This document shows, one piece after another, positions 1 through 10,000 of a stretch of 59,326 nt of DNA. The notes below the pieces were generated by a model. It was not told where the DNA came from. It searched no databases and saw nothing but the letters and a program-made list of their open reading frames with translations. The DNA comes from Acidimicrobiia bacterium (GTDB lineage: Bacteria > Actinomycetota > Acidimicrobiia > Acidimicrobiales > Aldehydirespiratoraceae), in contig JAUIML010000002.1 in NCBI GenBank assembly GCA_030432715.1, forward strand, positions 1 to 59,326, read 5' to 3'. The translations under genes were made by a program, and so were the position numbers. Each line of letters starts with the position of its first letter. The first letter of the stretch is position 1.

Positions 1-905
1 CGGATGGCGGGCGCGATCTCGTGGGGTTCACCGACCACGGCGATGGTCTCGATCAGCTCGTTGTCGATCAGCAGTGGCATCTCGTCCCACCGGTTCTGCC
101 GGGCCATGTCGTTGAGCACCGGGTGGAGGTCGCCATAGCCGTGGAGCTCGAACACCGATCGGTAGGCCGGCGTGGTCGCGTAGAAGGCGAGTTGGCCGCG
201 GACCGCCTCCAGCGAGCGGCTGAACTCCTCCTCGGTGCGCCCGGTGACCACGATCGTCACGCAGACGACCTCGATGTCGCTCGCGGCGCGGCCGGCCCGC
301 GCCGCGCCGTTCGCGATGGCCGGCAGCGTCAACTCCTGGAGCGACCGGCGGGTGTTGACCGGGTGGACGAGGAACCCGTCGGCCACCTCACCGGCGACCC
401 GGGTGGAGAGTGGTCCGAATCCGGCGGTGAAGATCGGCGGCGGGCCGAACGGATTCGGCCCGGGATCGAACGCCGGGATCATCCGGGTGTGGGTGTAGAA
501 CTCGCCCTCGAAACGGAGGCGTTCCCCCGTCTCCCAGGCGTGCCAGATGGCGCGGATCGCCTGCACCATCTCCCGCATGCGGGCCGCAGGTTTCGACCAC
601 GGCATCGAGTAGCGCTGCTCGATGTGGGGCTGGACCTGCGAGCCGAGGCCCAACACGAACCGGCCGCCGGTGGTGGCCTGGAGATCCCACCCGGTGTTGG
701 CCAGCGTCATGGGCGTACGGGCGAAGGCGATGGCGATGGCCGTGCCGAGTTCGATGTGGTCGGTGTGTTCCCCGGCGATGGCGAGGGGCACGAACGGATC
801 GTGCTTGGCCTCGAATGAGAAGGCCCGGTCGTAGCCGATGCGTTCCAGCTCGGGATACACGTCGCGGGCGAGCCGCGGGTCTTCGGTCGGGACCGTGATG
901 CTCAC
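1..905 (-). CDS. LLM-class (luciferase-like) F420-dependent oxidoreductase; C-terminus lies beyond the window edge
   Basis: Absent from the ORF track because it has no in-window stop. My minus-strand translation from GTG 903-905 reads VSITVPTEDPRLARDVYPELERIGYDRAFSFEAKHDPFVPLAIAGEHTDHIELGTAIAIAFARTPMTLANTGWDLQATTGGRFVLGLGSQVQPHIEQRYSMPW... This is a luciferase-like TIM-barrel signature. The start is ambiguous; another in-frame GTG lies at 911. Confidence 0.7.
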   Translation of the reverse strand, partial: MSITVPTEDPRLARDVYPELERIGYDRAFSFEAKHDPFVPLAIAGEHTDHIELGTAIAIAFARTPMTLANTGWDLQATTGGRFVLGLGSQVQPHIEQRYSMPWSKPAARMREMVQAIRAIWHAWETGERLRFEGEFYTHTRMIPAFDPGPNPFGPPPIFTAGFGPLSTRVAGEVADGFLVHPVNTRRSLQELTLPAIANGAARAGRAASDIEVVCVTIVVTGRTEEEFSRSLEAVRGQLAFYATTPAYRSVFELHGYGDLHPVLNDMARQNRWDEMPLLIDNELIETIAVVGEPHEIAPAI

Positions 906-936
906 ATGCACCCGCAAACTCTGCCAGATTGCGGAG

Positions 937-2082
937 GTGAGCAGACCACTGCCCCTCGCCGGTACCCGGGTGATCGACTTCTCCCGCGTCCTCGCCGGAC
1001 CGTTGATCACCCAGAACCTCGCCGACCTGGGGGCCGAGGTCATCAAGATCGAGCGACCGGGCCATGGGGACGACACCCGCACCTGGGGACCGCCCTGGCA
1101 TCCCGGCGCGGACGGCGGCCGACACTCGACCTACTACGAGTCGCTCAACCGGGGGAAGCGATCGATCGTGCTCGACCTGTTCGACGACGACGACCTCGCA
1201 GTGGCCCGTTCGCTGGCGGCGGGCGGCGACGTCGTGGTCGACAACTTCCGGCCTGGCTTCATGGCGGCCCGGGGGCTCGACCGGGCGACGCTCGCCGTCG
1301 ACAACCCCGCCGTCGTGACCTGCACCGTCACCGCGTTCGGCGAAGACGGTCCGGCATCGACCCTGCCCGGCTACGACCTCGTCGCGCAGGCGATGGGCGG
1401 GCTGATGCACATGACCGGCGAGGCCGACGGTCGTGCGCTGCGAGTGGGTGTCCCGATCGTCGACATGACCACCGGCCTCTACGGCACGATCGGCCTCCTC
1501 GCCGCGCTGACCGATGCCGTGCGGACCGGCGAAGGACGCCACGTCGCGGTGAGCCTGTTCGACACGGCGCTGGCGTCGCTCGGCAACCACGGGAGCGCGA
1601 CCACCATGGCCGGCGCGGATCCGCATCGCGACGGCAACCGCCATCCGTCGATCGCGCCCTACGAGGCCTACGAGGCCTCCGACGGCGCGTTGATCATCGC
1701 CGCCGCGAACCAGAAGCTCTTCGCCGGGGTGTGCGCGGCCCTCGACCGCCCCGACCTGCTCGACGACCCCCGCTTCGTCGACAACCCGACCCGGCGAGCC
1801 CACATCGACGAGCTCGCCGCGGAACTCGAGAGAACGTTGGCCACCGACACCCGCGACGCCTGGGTGGAGAAGCTGCGGGCCCATCAGGTGCCGACCGGGC
1901 CGATCAACTCGATCCCCGAGGCGCTCGCATGGGCCGACGAGATGGGCATCGACGCAACCGTGCGGGCCGACGGCTACGTCGGCATCCGCTCCCCCATCGT
2001 CCTCGACGGCGAGCGACTCGACACCTCGGCTCCGCCCCCGACCCTCGACCAACACGGCTCCGACCTCAGGCCCCCTGTGTGA
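937..2082 (+). CDS. Class III (CaiB/BaiF family) CoA-transferase
   Basis: Track ORF 838-2082. Contains RPLPLAGTRVIDFSRVLAGPLITQNLADLGAEVIKIERPGHGDDTRTWGPPW. I trimmed the start to the in-frame GTG at 937 so that it does not overlap the divergent LLM gene. Confidence 0.8.
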   Translation: MSRPLPLAGTRVIDFSRVLAGPLITQNLADLGAEVIKIERPGHGDDTRTWGPPWHPGADGGRHSTYYESLNRGKRSIVLDLFDDDDLAVARSLAAGGDVVVDNFRPGFMAARGLDRATLAVDNPAVVTCTVTAFGEDGPASTLPGYDLVAQAMGGLMHMTGEADGRALRVGVPIVDMTTGLYGTIGLLAALTDAVRTGEGRHVAVSLFDTALASLGNHGSATTMAGADPHRDGNRHPSIAPYEAYEASDGALIIAAANQKLFAGVCAALDRPDLLDDPRFVDNPTRRAHIDELAAELERTLATDTRDAWVEKLRAHQVPTGPINSIPEALAWADEMGIDATVRADGYVGIRSPIVLDGERLDTSAPPPTLDQHGSDLRPPV

Positions 2083-2474
2083 TGGTCCACGTCGCTGCGT
2101 TCTCCCTGCTGGTGCCCGACTACGACGAGGCGATCGCGTTCTTCGTCGACGTGTGTGGATTCGAGCTCACCGAGGACCGCGACGAGGGGCGCAAGCGGTG
2201 GGTCACGGTGCGGCCGCCGGGGGCCGAGACGCAGATCGTGCTGGCCCGGGCCGACACCGACGCCCAGCGAGCCGCCATGGGCAACCAGCTCGGCGGACGG
2301 GTCGGCTTCTTCCTCCACACCGACGACTTCGCCCGCGACCATGCCCGCATGACGGCGGCCGGCGTGGTGTTCCACGAGGACCCGCGCCATGAGCCCTACG
2401 GCACCGTCGCCGTGTGGGAGGACCCCTGGGGCAACACCTGGGACCTCCTCCAGCCGGCTCGACCGGTGCCGTGA
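2082..2474 (+). CDS. VOC (glyoxalase/bleomycin-resistance/dioxygenase) family protein
   Basis: This is the tail of track ORF 906-2474. The ATG at 2082 overlaps the upstream TGA (TGATG). Sequence MVHVAAFSLLVPDYDEAIAFFVDVCGFELTEDRDEG...YGTVAVWEDPWGNTWDLL. Confidence 0.7.
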   Translation: MVHVAAFSLLVPDYDEAIAFFVDVCGFELTEDRDEGRKRWVTVRPPGAETQIVLARADTDAQRAAMGNQLGGRVGFFLHTDDFARDHARMTAAGVVFHEDPRHEPYGTVAVWEDPWGNTWDLLQPARPVP

Positions 2475-2529
2475 CGAGTGTCTGACACCGGCAACGCTTC
2501 GCGTTGCCTGTGTAACCGGTGTGACGGGG
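2463..2529 (+). repeat. Intergenic repeat element, copy A (CCGGTGCCGTGACGAGTGTCTGACACCGG + 28-nt hairpin insert + TGTGACGGGG)
   Basis: The 21-mer GTGACGAGTGTCTGACACCGG (2471-2491) is identical to 15680-15700. The core CCGGTGTGACGGG (2516-2528) recurs exactly at 7075 and 15697. Confidence 0.8.
2490..2508 (+). terminator. Perfect 8-bp hairpin GGCAACGC-TTC-GCGTTGCC downstream of the VOC gene
   Basis: Inverted repeat read directly, 16 nt after the stop at 2474. There is no T-tract, so this is only a candidate intrinsic terminator. Confidence 0.45.
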
Positions 2530-2548
2530 CGGCGTTAGCCTCGTCGCG

Positions 2549-3976
2549 ATGTCCGAGCTCCACGCCCGCATCCTGGTCTTCACCACGTCGGCCGCGGTGC
2601 TGGTGCTCGAGATCCTGGCCGGACGGCTGATGGCCCCCTACGTGGGCGTCTCGCTCGAGACGTTCACCGCGATCATCGGCACGATCCTGGCCGGCATCGC
2701 CCTCGGCAGCGCCATCGGCGGACGGCTGGCCGACCGCTACGACCCGGCCACGCTCATCGGCCCGGCGCTGGCCATCGGTGGCGCGTTGGCCTGGTGGTCA
2801 CTGTGGATCGTCGGCGTGCTCGGCCCTGAACTCGGCAGCGAACCAGCCGCGATCGTGGTGTTGGCCGCGGTTTCGTTCTTCGCCCCGGCAACGGTGCTCA
2901 CGGCGATCAGCCCGATGGTCGCCAAGCTGCGGCTCAACTCCCTGGAGGACACCGGCAAGGTCGTCGGTGGCCTGTCGGCCTTCGGCACCGCCGGCGCCCT
3001 GTTCGGCACGTTCGTCACCGGCTTCGTCCTCGTCGCCGCGGCGCCGACGCGTCCGACGGTCATGATCGTGGGCGCGCTGTTGGTCGGGTGGGGCCTGTTC
3101 GAGACCGTCCGCATCACCCGCAGGGCGCCGAGCGCCGCGCTCGTCGTCGTGCTGCTGGCGTCGCTCGGGATCGGCGCCACCGCAGACTCACCCTGCGAGT
3201 TCGAGTCGGCCTACTTCTGCGGCCGCGTCGTGGTCGACGAGGACGACGCGTCCGTGCGCTACCTGATCCTCGACACCCTGCGCCACGCGGCCGTCGATCT
3301 CGACGATCCGACCAACCTGGAGTTCCGCTACATCCGGCTCATCACCGACGTGATCAACTCGACGAGCGCGGGGGCGATCGACACCCTCCACGTCGGGGGC
3401 GGCGGCTTCTCCGTCCCGATGTACCTCGAAGCGACGCGGCCCGGCTCCTACAACCACGTGCTCGAGATCGACGACGTGCTGCTCGACGTCGCCCGCGACG
3501 AGCTCGGCTTCGTCACCGGCCCGCTCATGGAGGTGACGATCGGCGACGCTCGTCTCGGGATCGACGACTTCGCCGACGATTCGTTCGATGTGGTGGTGGG
3601 CGACGCCTTCGGGGGACAGTCCGTTCCCTGGCACCTCACCACCACCGAGTTCATCGCCAAGATCGATCGGGTCCTGCGCGACGACGGCGTGTACGTGATG
3701 AACATCATCGACGGCGACGAGAACCGGTTCGCCGAGTGGGAGGTCGCAACCCTGCTCGACAACTTCGCGCATGTCGCCGCCATCATTCCGCCCGGCGGAA
3801 TCGACGCCCGTCCCCGCAACCAGATCCTGGTCGCGTCCGATGCCCCGCTGCCCGTGCTCGAGTTCGACCCGGCCGACGGCGTGCTCGTCGACGACATCGA
3901 TGAGTTCCGCGACGGCGGCACGGTCCTGCGGGACGACTTCGCCCCCGTCGAGCAGCTCGCCGCCAACCCGGGCTGA
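2549..3976 (+). CDS. Fused membrane (MFS-like) / spermidine synthase-like protein
   Basis: 475-aa ORF. The N-terminal half has several hydrophobic helices (ILVFTTSAAVLVLEILAGRLMAPYVGVSLETFTAIIGTILAGIALGSAIGGRLADR). The C-terminal half looks like a methyltransferase/spermidine-synthase fold (VLEIDDVLLDVARDELGF...VVVGDAFGGQSVPWHLTTTEF). Confidence 0.65.
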   Translation: MSELHARILVFTTSAAVLVLEILAGRLMAPYVGVSLETFTAIIGTILAGIALGSAIGGRLADRYDPATLIGPALAIGGALAWWSLWIVGVLGPELGSEPAAIVVLAAVSFFAPATVLTAISPMVAKLRLNSLEDTGKVVGGLSAFGTAGALFGTFVTGFVLVAAAPTRPTVMIVGALLVGWGLFETVRITRRAPSAALVVVLLASLGIGATADSPCEFESAYFCGRVVVDEDDASVRYLILDTLRHAAVDLDDPTNLEFRYIRLITDVINSTSAGAIDTLHVGGGGFSVPMYLEATRPGSYNHVLEIDDVLLDVARDELGFVTGPLMEVTIGDARLGIDDFADDSFDVVVGDAFGGQSVPWHLTTTEFIAKIDRVLRDDGVYVMNIIDGDENRFAEWEVATLLDNFAHVAAIIPPGGIDARPRNQILVASDAPLPVLEFDPADGVLVDDIDEFRDGGTVLRDDFAPVEQLAANPG

Positions 3977-3991
3977 TGCCGCCGGCGGGGC

Positions 3992-6499
3992 TCAGACGAC
4001 GGTGAGCGTCCCCCAGAACTGGGGATGCTCGATGAACACGAACGTGTAGTCACCCGGAGGGGTCCCCTCGGGGACGAGAAGGTTCGCCTGGCCGGTCGGG
4101 TCCCAGCGATCGGTGACGATCGGGGCCGGCGCCCCGGCCGTGGGCGAGTCGGTGAGCACCTTGCCGATCTGGATCTGGACCGACGGGTCGTCGACCGACT
4201 GGAGCATCACGTCGTCGCCCATCGTCGTCTCACTCCCGAGGCCGGCCGGATCGAAGGACACGGTGAACTGCTCGCCCGGCACCGTACCGACGTTGTCGAG
4301 CTGCGAAACGACCGCAACGGTCGGGCCCACGAGCGGCACGATGTCGCGGTCGCCGATCGGGGCCGAGAGGGTGATCTCGAACCGGTCGGGTTCGGGGCAC
4401 GGAAGAATCGACGGTCCGAACCGCGGCAGGAGCGGGACGGCGATCTCGACGCGGTCGTCCGACTCGACGACCTGGGGCGGCAGAAGGAGGTCCTTGTAGA
4501 TCACGCCGCACCGGGCGCCATTGACCACGGTGAACACGGTGTCGTCGGGGCCGCCGACGGTGGACTCGTCGACCGTCCACTCCAGCGTGCCCGGCGGCGC
4601 GGTGAACGCGCCGACCGGCGGCAGGAGGAAGAAGCAGATGTCGTCGGGTGCGGCCCGTTCGGCGAGGAAGTCGATCGTCGGCTGGTAACGGCGATACAGG
4701 CCGATCTGGAGGCGGCCGCCGTTGATGCTCGAGCCCGAGTAGAACATCGTCGCGTCGGTGAGTCCGTCGGTGTTGAGGCGGACACGAAGGGCTTCGAGCT
4801 CGGCCGAACGTTCCGGTGTGGTCGCCGCCGGGTCGAGGGTCGCGGGACAGTCGGGAAACACCAGGTCGGTGGCCTCGACGTGGACGTCGCTGACCTCGCC
4901 GTCGGCCACTGGCCCCGCCGCGTCGGGCTGCGGATGGACACCGAACGGCTCGCACCCCTGACCGCGGGGAGGCAATGGCGCCTGCCCCGCACCGAAGACG
5001 AACGACGGACTCGGCACCCATTCGCCCGAGCCGGAGACCACCCGCAGTTCGGCCAACCGGCGACTGAAGCGCTCCTGGTCGATCGGCGCGTCCCACTGCT
5101 CGAACAGGCGCCCATCGGGGTTGCAGGTGAAGACATGGTCGCCGTCGACGGGCACCGTGACGGCCGCGCCGAACGGATCCACCAACACCTCACCGCCGAG
5201 CGCGGTCAACCGGAGTTGACCCGTCACACCATCGACCTGTTCCTCCACGCCGTCCCCGTCGAGGTCGGGGACGGTCCAGCCCCAGTCGGGCGCCGTTCCC
5301 TCCAGCCCATCGCCGCCATCGCCGACCGGGCCGGTCACCTCCAGCGTGCCGTTCAGCTCGGGGTTGGCGATGAAGCGGACGAAGTACGTCCCCGCGGGGA
5401 CGCCCTCGGGAACCAAGAGCGTGCCGGTGCCGGTCACGGGCCACTGATCGGTGGCGACTTCGCCGACCGCGCCGGCCACGGGACCGTCCGAGAAGACATC
5501 CGACACCTGGAACTGCACCGTCGGGTCGTCGGCGAGCTGCACGATCAGGTCGTCGCCCATCGTCGCGCCCGAGGCGGCGTTGACCGGATCGAACGTGAGC
5601 TCGGCGGTGGTGCCGACGCCGACCGGACCAGCGAAGTACAGGGTCCCCGGTTCGGCCGCGATCCCCGGGCCACCGGCGCCGGCCACGGTGAATTCGTAGG
5701 TCGTCGGTGCCGGACAGTCGTCGGTGAACTCGGTCTGGCCCTGACCCACCGCGATACCCAGCGCTACGGTGTCGTCCTCCTGCCGGATGAAGGGTGCGAC
5801 CCACTCGCCCTTGGGCTCACACCCGACGGCGCGAACGACCACCCGACCGTCGACGGATTCCACGTCGACCTCGGCCAACTCGGGCGGCAGGTTGCGCAGA
5901 CCGAACGCCGGGAACTCCAGGCACACGTCGTCCGGGTCGACCCGGTCGGCGAGCCAACGCAGCGTCGGTTCGTAGCGCGACGAGAGCCCGACCGACGGAA
6001 CGCCCCAGATCGAACCCGGTCCGCCCGAACTGCCGATGAACGGCTGATCGTGGAGTCCGGCGTCGCGCAGGTCCTCGATGACCGCCTCCAGCTCGGCCGC
6101 ACGCTCCCCCGTCGGCGGACCGGGTTCGCCGTTCGCTCCGCACTCGACGAAGCCGAACGTGTCGGGAGTCTCCACGTGGAAGTCGCTCATCGCGCCGGTG
6201 GCACCGTCGGCGCCGACCGGGTCCTCGGCCACGGCGACGAGCTCGGCCGGCGCGTCGGGGTCGTCGGAAACGGCCGCAGTCGTGGTCGGCGAATCGTCGA
6301 CCGCCGCCACGTCGGGTCCGTCGTCGCCGAGCCACACCACCGCCGCGCCGACGCCCGCGACGGCCACCAGCCCCATGGCGGCGGCGCCGACCGCCCGACG
6401 GCGCCGCCGTCGCCGAGCGACCCGATCGGCCACATCGGCGACGTCGAAGGAGGCAGCGGCGGCCACCGAGGACGCCAGTCGGTCGTCGAAGTCGTTCAT
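3992..6499 (-). CDS. ECF-sigma-coupled single-pass membrane protein with two tandem ~290-aa extracytoplasmic modules (possible anti-sigma/sensor; function unknown)
   Basis: Track ORF 3992-6601, trimmed to ATG 6497-6499. That start overlaps the sigma stop as ATGA. The N-terminus is MNDFDDRLASSVAAAASFDVADVADRVARRRRRRR followed by the TM segment AVGAAAMGLVAVAGVGAAVVWL. An internal duplication is visible in the protein sequence. Confidence 0.75.
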   Translation of the reverse strand: MNDFDDRLASSVAAAASFDVADVADRVARRRRRRRAVGAAAMGLVAVAGVGAAVVWLGDDGPDVAAVDDSPTTTAAVSDDPDAPAELVAVAEDPVGADGATGAMSDFHVETPDTFGFVECGANGEPGPPTGERAAELEAVIEDLRDAGLHDQPFIGSSGGPGSIWGVPSVGLSSRYEPTLRWLADRVDPDDVCLEFPAFGLRNLPPELAEVDVESVDGRVVVRAVGCEPKGEWVAPFIRQEDDTVALGIAVGQGQTEFTDDCPAPTTYEFTVAGAGGPGIAAEPGTLYFAGPVGVGTTAELTFDPVNAASGATMGDDLIVQLADDPTVQFQVSDVFSDGPVAGAVGEVATDQWPVTGTGTLLVPEGVPAGTYFVRFIANPELNGTLEVTGPVGDGGDGLEGTAPDWGWTVPDLDGDGVEEQVDGVTGQLRLTALGGEVLVDPFGAAVTVPVDGDHVFTCNPDGRLFEQWDAPIDQERFSRRLAELRVVSGSGEWVPSPSFVFGAGQAPLPPRGQGCEPFGVHPQPDAAGPVADGEVSDVHVEATDLVFPDCPATLDPAATTPERSAELEALRVRLNTDGLTDATMFYSGSSINGGRLQIGLYRRYQPTIDFLAERAAPDDICFFLLPPVGAFTAPPGTLEWTVDESTVGGPDDTVFTVVNGARCGVIYKDLLLPPQVVESDDRVEIAVPLLPRFGPSILPCPEPDRFEITLSAPIGDRDIVPLVGPTVAVVSQLDNVGTVPGEQFTVSFDPAGLGSETTMGDDVMLQSVDDPSVQIQIGKVLTDSPTAGAPAPIVTDRWDPTGQANLLVPEGTPPGDYTFVFIEHPQFWGTLTVV

Positions 6500-7014
6500 G
6501 CTCCCGGCCTTTCGTCGGCGGTCGTGTCGTCGATGAACCCCTGCGACCGCAGCCGTTCGAGGGCCTGGCTGGTGGCCGCCTTGACGGTGCCTTCGGCACA
6601 ACCCAGGTGCTCGGCCGCCTCGGCCACCGAGAGGCCCAGGTAGAAGCGGGCCACCAGCGTCGCCCGCTGGCGCTCCGGCAGCGACGCGACTGCGTCACGG
6701 ATGGCGACACCCTCGGCTGGGTCGACGACGAAGGGCGCGGCCGATCCCCGCGCCCGCCGCTCGATCGACCGCCGGCGCCACCGCGACACCGCGAGGTTGC
6801 GAGCCGTACGAAAGGCCCATCCCTCCGGCGATGCCATCGCCCCGACGGTGTCCCACCGCTCCCAGGCCCGGGCCAACGCCTCCTGCGCGAGCTCCTCGGC
6901 GAGGTGACGGTCGCCGGTGTAGAGCACCAGCGCGGCAACGAGCCGCCCTCGCACGTCTGCACAGAACTGCGCCGGATCGACGGGATTCATCGCCACAGGA
7001 ACGCTTCCCCCCAC
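6496..7014 (-). CDS. ECF-type sigma-70 family RNA polymerase sigma factor
   Basis: Region 2 reads AEELAQEALARAWERWDTVGAMASPEGWAFRTARNLAVSRWRR. Region 4 reads LPERQRATLVARFYLGLSVAEAAEHLGCAEGTVKAATSQALERLR. The start could instead be ATG 6990. Confidence 0.85.
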   Translation of the reverse strand: MGGSVPVAMNPVDPAQFCADVRGRLVAALVLYTGDRHLAEELAQEALARAWERWDTVGAMASPEGWAFRTARNLAVSRWRRRSIERRARGSAAPFVVDPAEGVAIRDAVASLPERQRATLVARFYLGLSVAEAAEHLGCAEGTVKAATSQALERLRSQGFIDDTTADERPGA

Positions 7015-7051
7015 CGATCGGTTTAGTCGTCGGCAATGCTCCGCGCCGCTC

Positions 7052-7074
7052 GGAGTCCTGCTGCGCCCGACTCC
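7052..7074 (-). terminator. Hairpin GGAGTC-N11-GACTCC just downstream of the giant gene stop
   Basis: 6-bp inverted repeat read directly, located between the stop at 7090 and the sigma gene start. The stem is weak. Confidence 0.3.
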
Positions 7075-7089
7075 CCGGTGTGACGGGGG
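7075..7089 (+). repeat. Core copy of the intergenic repeat (CCGGTGTGACGGGGG)
   Basis: Exact 13-mer match to 2516-2528 and 15697-15709. It abuts the stop codon of the giant gene. Confidence 0.7.
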
Positions 7090-10000
7090 TCAGGTGGGGA
7101 GAGGGCCGGGCGGGCGGGAGCGGCGGGCGACGAGCACGAGGGCGGCGCCGAGCAGCAGCAGGACGACAGCCCAACCGAGCAGGCGGGCGATGTCGGTGCC
7201 GGTGATGGCGAGGATCGACTGGGCGGGGGTCTCGGTCGTCCGCGTGATGTCGTCGTCGGGCGCCGTGATCTCGTCGATCACCTCACTCGGGATGGGGTTG
7301 CCACCGACCGTGTTGCCGCCTTCGACGGTGCCGACGTTGACGATCGACTGACCCTCGGCACCGGTGACCGTCGTGGTGAGCACGATGGTCGTCGACGCGT
7401 CGACGGCGAGCACGTCGTCGGTCGTGCAGGTGACGAGTTGTCCGACCGCGTTGCAGTCGAAGTCGTCGCTTGCTGCGCCGACATAGGTCAGGCCGTCCGG
7501 AAGGTCGTCGGTGACGGTGATGGTGTCGTTGGTCGGCGACGGACCGAAGTTGGTCACCACCAGCGTCCAGTCGACGTCCTGCCCCGAGACGAGCTCGCCG
7601 TCGACACTCTTCTCGATGTCGAGCAGGGCGAGCGGAACGTCGACCTCGTCGGTGTCGGTGTCGTTCTCGGGAACGGTGTCGGGCAGGCCGCCGGTCACCG
7701 TGACCTCAGCCGTGTTGGTCACACCCGGCGCGGCTTCGGCACCCACGTCGACGGTGAGCTCGAGCGTCGACGACGCACCGACGGCCAGCGGGCCGGTCGT
7801 GAGGTCACAGGTGAAGGTCTGCCCTGCCACCACGCACGACCAGTCCTCGGCCAGCAGGGCCGTCGGCGTCAGGCCGGCGGGCACCTCGTCGGTCACGGTG
7901 ATCGTCCCCTCGGACACGGCGGGGCCGTTGTTGGTGACCGTCAGCGTCCACACGCCTTCGCCACCGACCGCGAACGGCCCGGTCGACGACTTGTCGATCG
8001 CGATGTCGGCCTCGCGGCGTTCGCCGAAGTCGACGTCGTCACGGTCTTCGCCGGCGCCGAGAGTCACCTCCGTCGTGCGGTCACGGCCACCGTCGAGGTC
8101 GTAGGTCGGCCCCAGGTCGGGTGCCAGCGTGGTCGGGTCGAGCGACACCGTGTAGTCGCCCGGAGGCAGGTTGCCCACGCCGTAGAGCCCACCGCCGGCG
8201 GTCGTGGTCCGGTACTCGACGTCGTCCAGCGACTCGTCGACTCCCGGGGTCGCCGGGTCGTCGCCGAGCACACCATCGAAGCCGGCGAACCGAACGATCA
8301 CATCGACCCCGTCGATCGGCAGCTCGCCGCCGTCCTGCACGCCGTCGGCATCGTCGTCCACCCAGACGAGGTCGCCGATGCTGCCGGTGCCGGTGTAGCC
8401 GAAGTCGACGTCGAGATAGCTCGGGTTCACCCCGGTCAGCGTGATCGACGCCACGATCCCGTCCATCACGCCCGGCTCGGCGTTGTTGGCCTGGGTGTCG
8501 GTGATGTCGGGCGTGTCGACCAGTTCGAAGGTCTGGCGCAGACCCGGAGGGAGGTCATCCGTGTCGACCGTCACCGTGAGCGGGATGTCCTGGGGAAGCC
8601 CGGTGAAGGCGTACTCGCCTTCCTCGTTGGTGGTGGTCGTGATGCTGCGGGTCGACCCGTCCCCCGGATCGAGCCACGACACGGTCACGTCGATGCCGGC
8701 GATGCCCGGTTCACCGGCGTCCTGCTCGCCGTCGTCGTCGACGTCGAACCAGATGCGGTTTCCGAGGTCGGCGTTGGTCGGGGTGAGGCTGGCCGAGTCG
8801 TTGTCGTCCTCGTCGGGACCGACCCCGTCGTCGTGGTTGCCCGGGGTCGAGTCGATGTCCCACTGTCCGGCCGACTCCACCTCGGCGATGTTGACGATCG
8901 TGGTCGAGGAGTTGATCCGCACGACGATGTCGAGCGTGGCCGACGCCCCGGAAGCGAGCGGCGATGCCAGTGTCCACACGTCGGTCGTGTCGTCGTAGGC
9001 ACCGTTGGCGGAACTGGCCGAATCGAAGACCACCCCGGCGGGGAGCACGTCGGTGATGGTCACGTCGGTCGCGGTGTCGACCGCGATGCCGCTGTCGTCG
9101 TTCGTGACCGTCACGCGATAGGTGACGAAGTCGCCGAAGAAGTAGGGGGCCGATTCGACGATGGTCTTGTCGATCGTCAGGTCGATGCGCCGGATGCGCG
9201 CGACTGCGTCGTCGGAGCCGTGGACCCCGTCGGGCGCCCCGTTGTCGTCGCCGTACGAGCCGGTCTCGTTGCTCGACTCGCCGGTTGCGTCGTCGCCGGT
9301 CACTCCGGAGTCGTTGACATGGTCGAACGAGCCGGTGGTCGCCGTGGTCAACAGCGACGCCTGGGGCTGCACGTCGAATTCGATCACGAACGAATCGCCG
9401 GCATCGAGTTCGCCCACGACATCGGTCCACACCAGCGGGCCGGCGGCGCCGCCGGCCGGGTCACCGAGTGCCCCGAACCCACTCCCGGTGTCGATCTCTG
9501 CCGATCCGGGCTGGTACAGCCAGCCCGTGGGCAGCACATCGTCGACGTCGATGTCGAAGGCCGACACCGGGCCGTCGTTGAAGACCTCGAGGCGCCAGCG
9601 GAAATCCTCGCCCACTCGGGCGTCGGTGGCGTCCATTCCCGCGGCCGGCGTCTTCTGGATCACCAGATCGGGGAACCCGACCGTGAGGGTGTTGACATCG
9701 GCGGTGACCGGGTTGCGGCTGTCGCCGTATTCGGGCACGTCGGTGCCGTCGGGCGCCGCGGCTCGATCGGCGGTGGACAGGCCCCAGTAGCTGGGCACGT
9801 CGGCGGTGTTGACCAGATCCTGGTCGTCGGCGAGATCGGCCGACGGGCCGATCACCACGTCGTAGGTGAATGTGACGGATCCACCGGCGGCGGCCAGCGG
9901 ACCGGCGACGGTCCAGGTGAGCGTGCGGGGGCCGGCACCGTCGAACACGGGTGCCGGGGTGCCGATGATGTTCGACGGATCGCCGGCCGCTTCCGCGGGC

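Noticed and set aside
388-2055. A 555-aa minus-strand ORF, and the 522-aa plus-strand ORF 906-2474, both spanning the CoA-transferase region
   Set aside because: Both are Arg/Gly/Pro-rich low-complexity translations with no family signature. They overlap the clearly recognisable CoA-transferase frame. These are typical shadow ORFs of high-GC DNA. Only the last 130 codons of 906-2474 (the VOC protein) are real.
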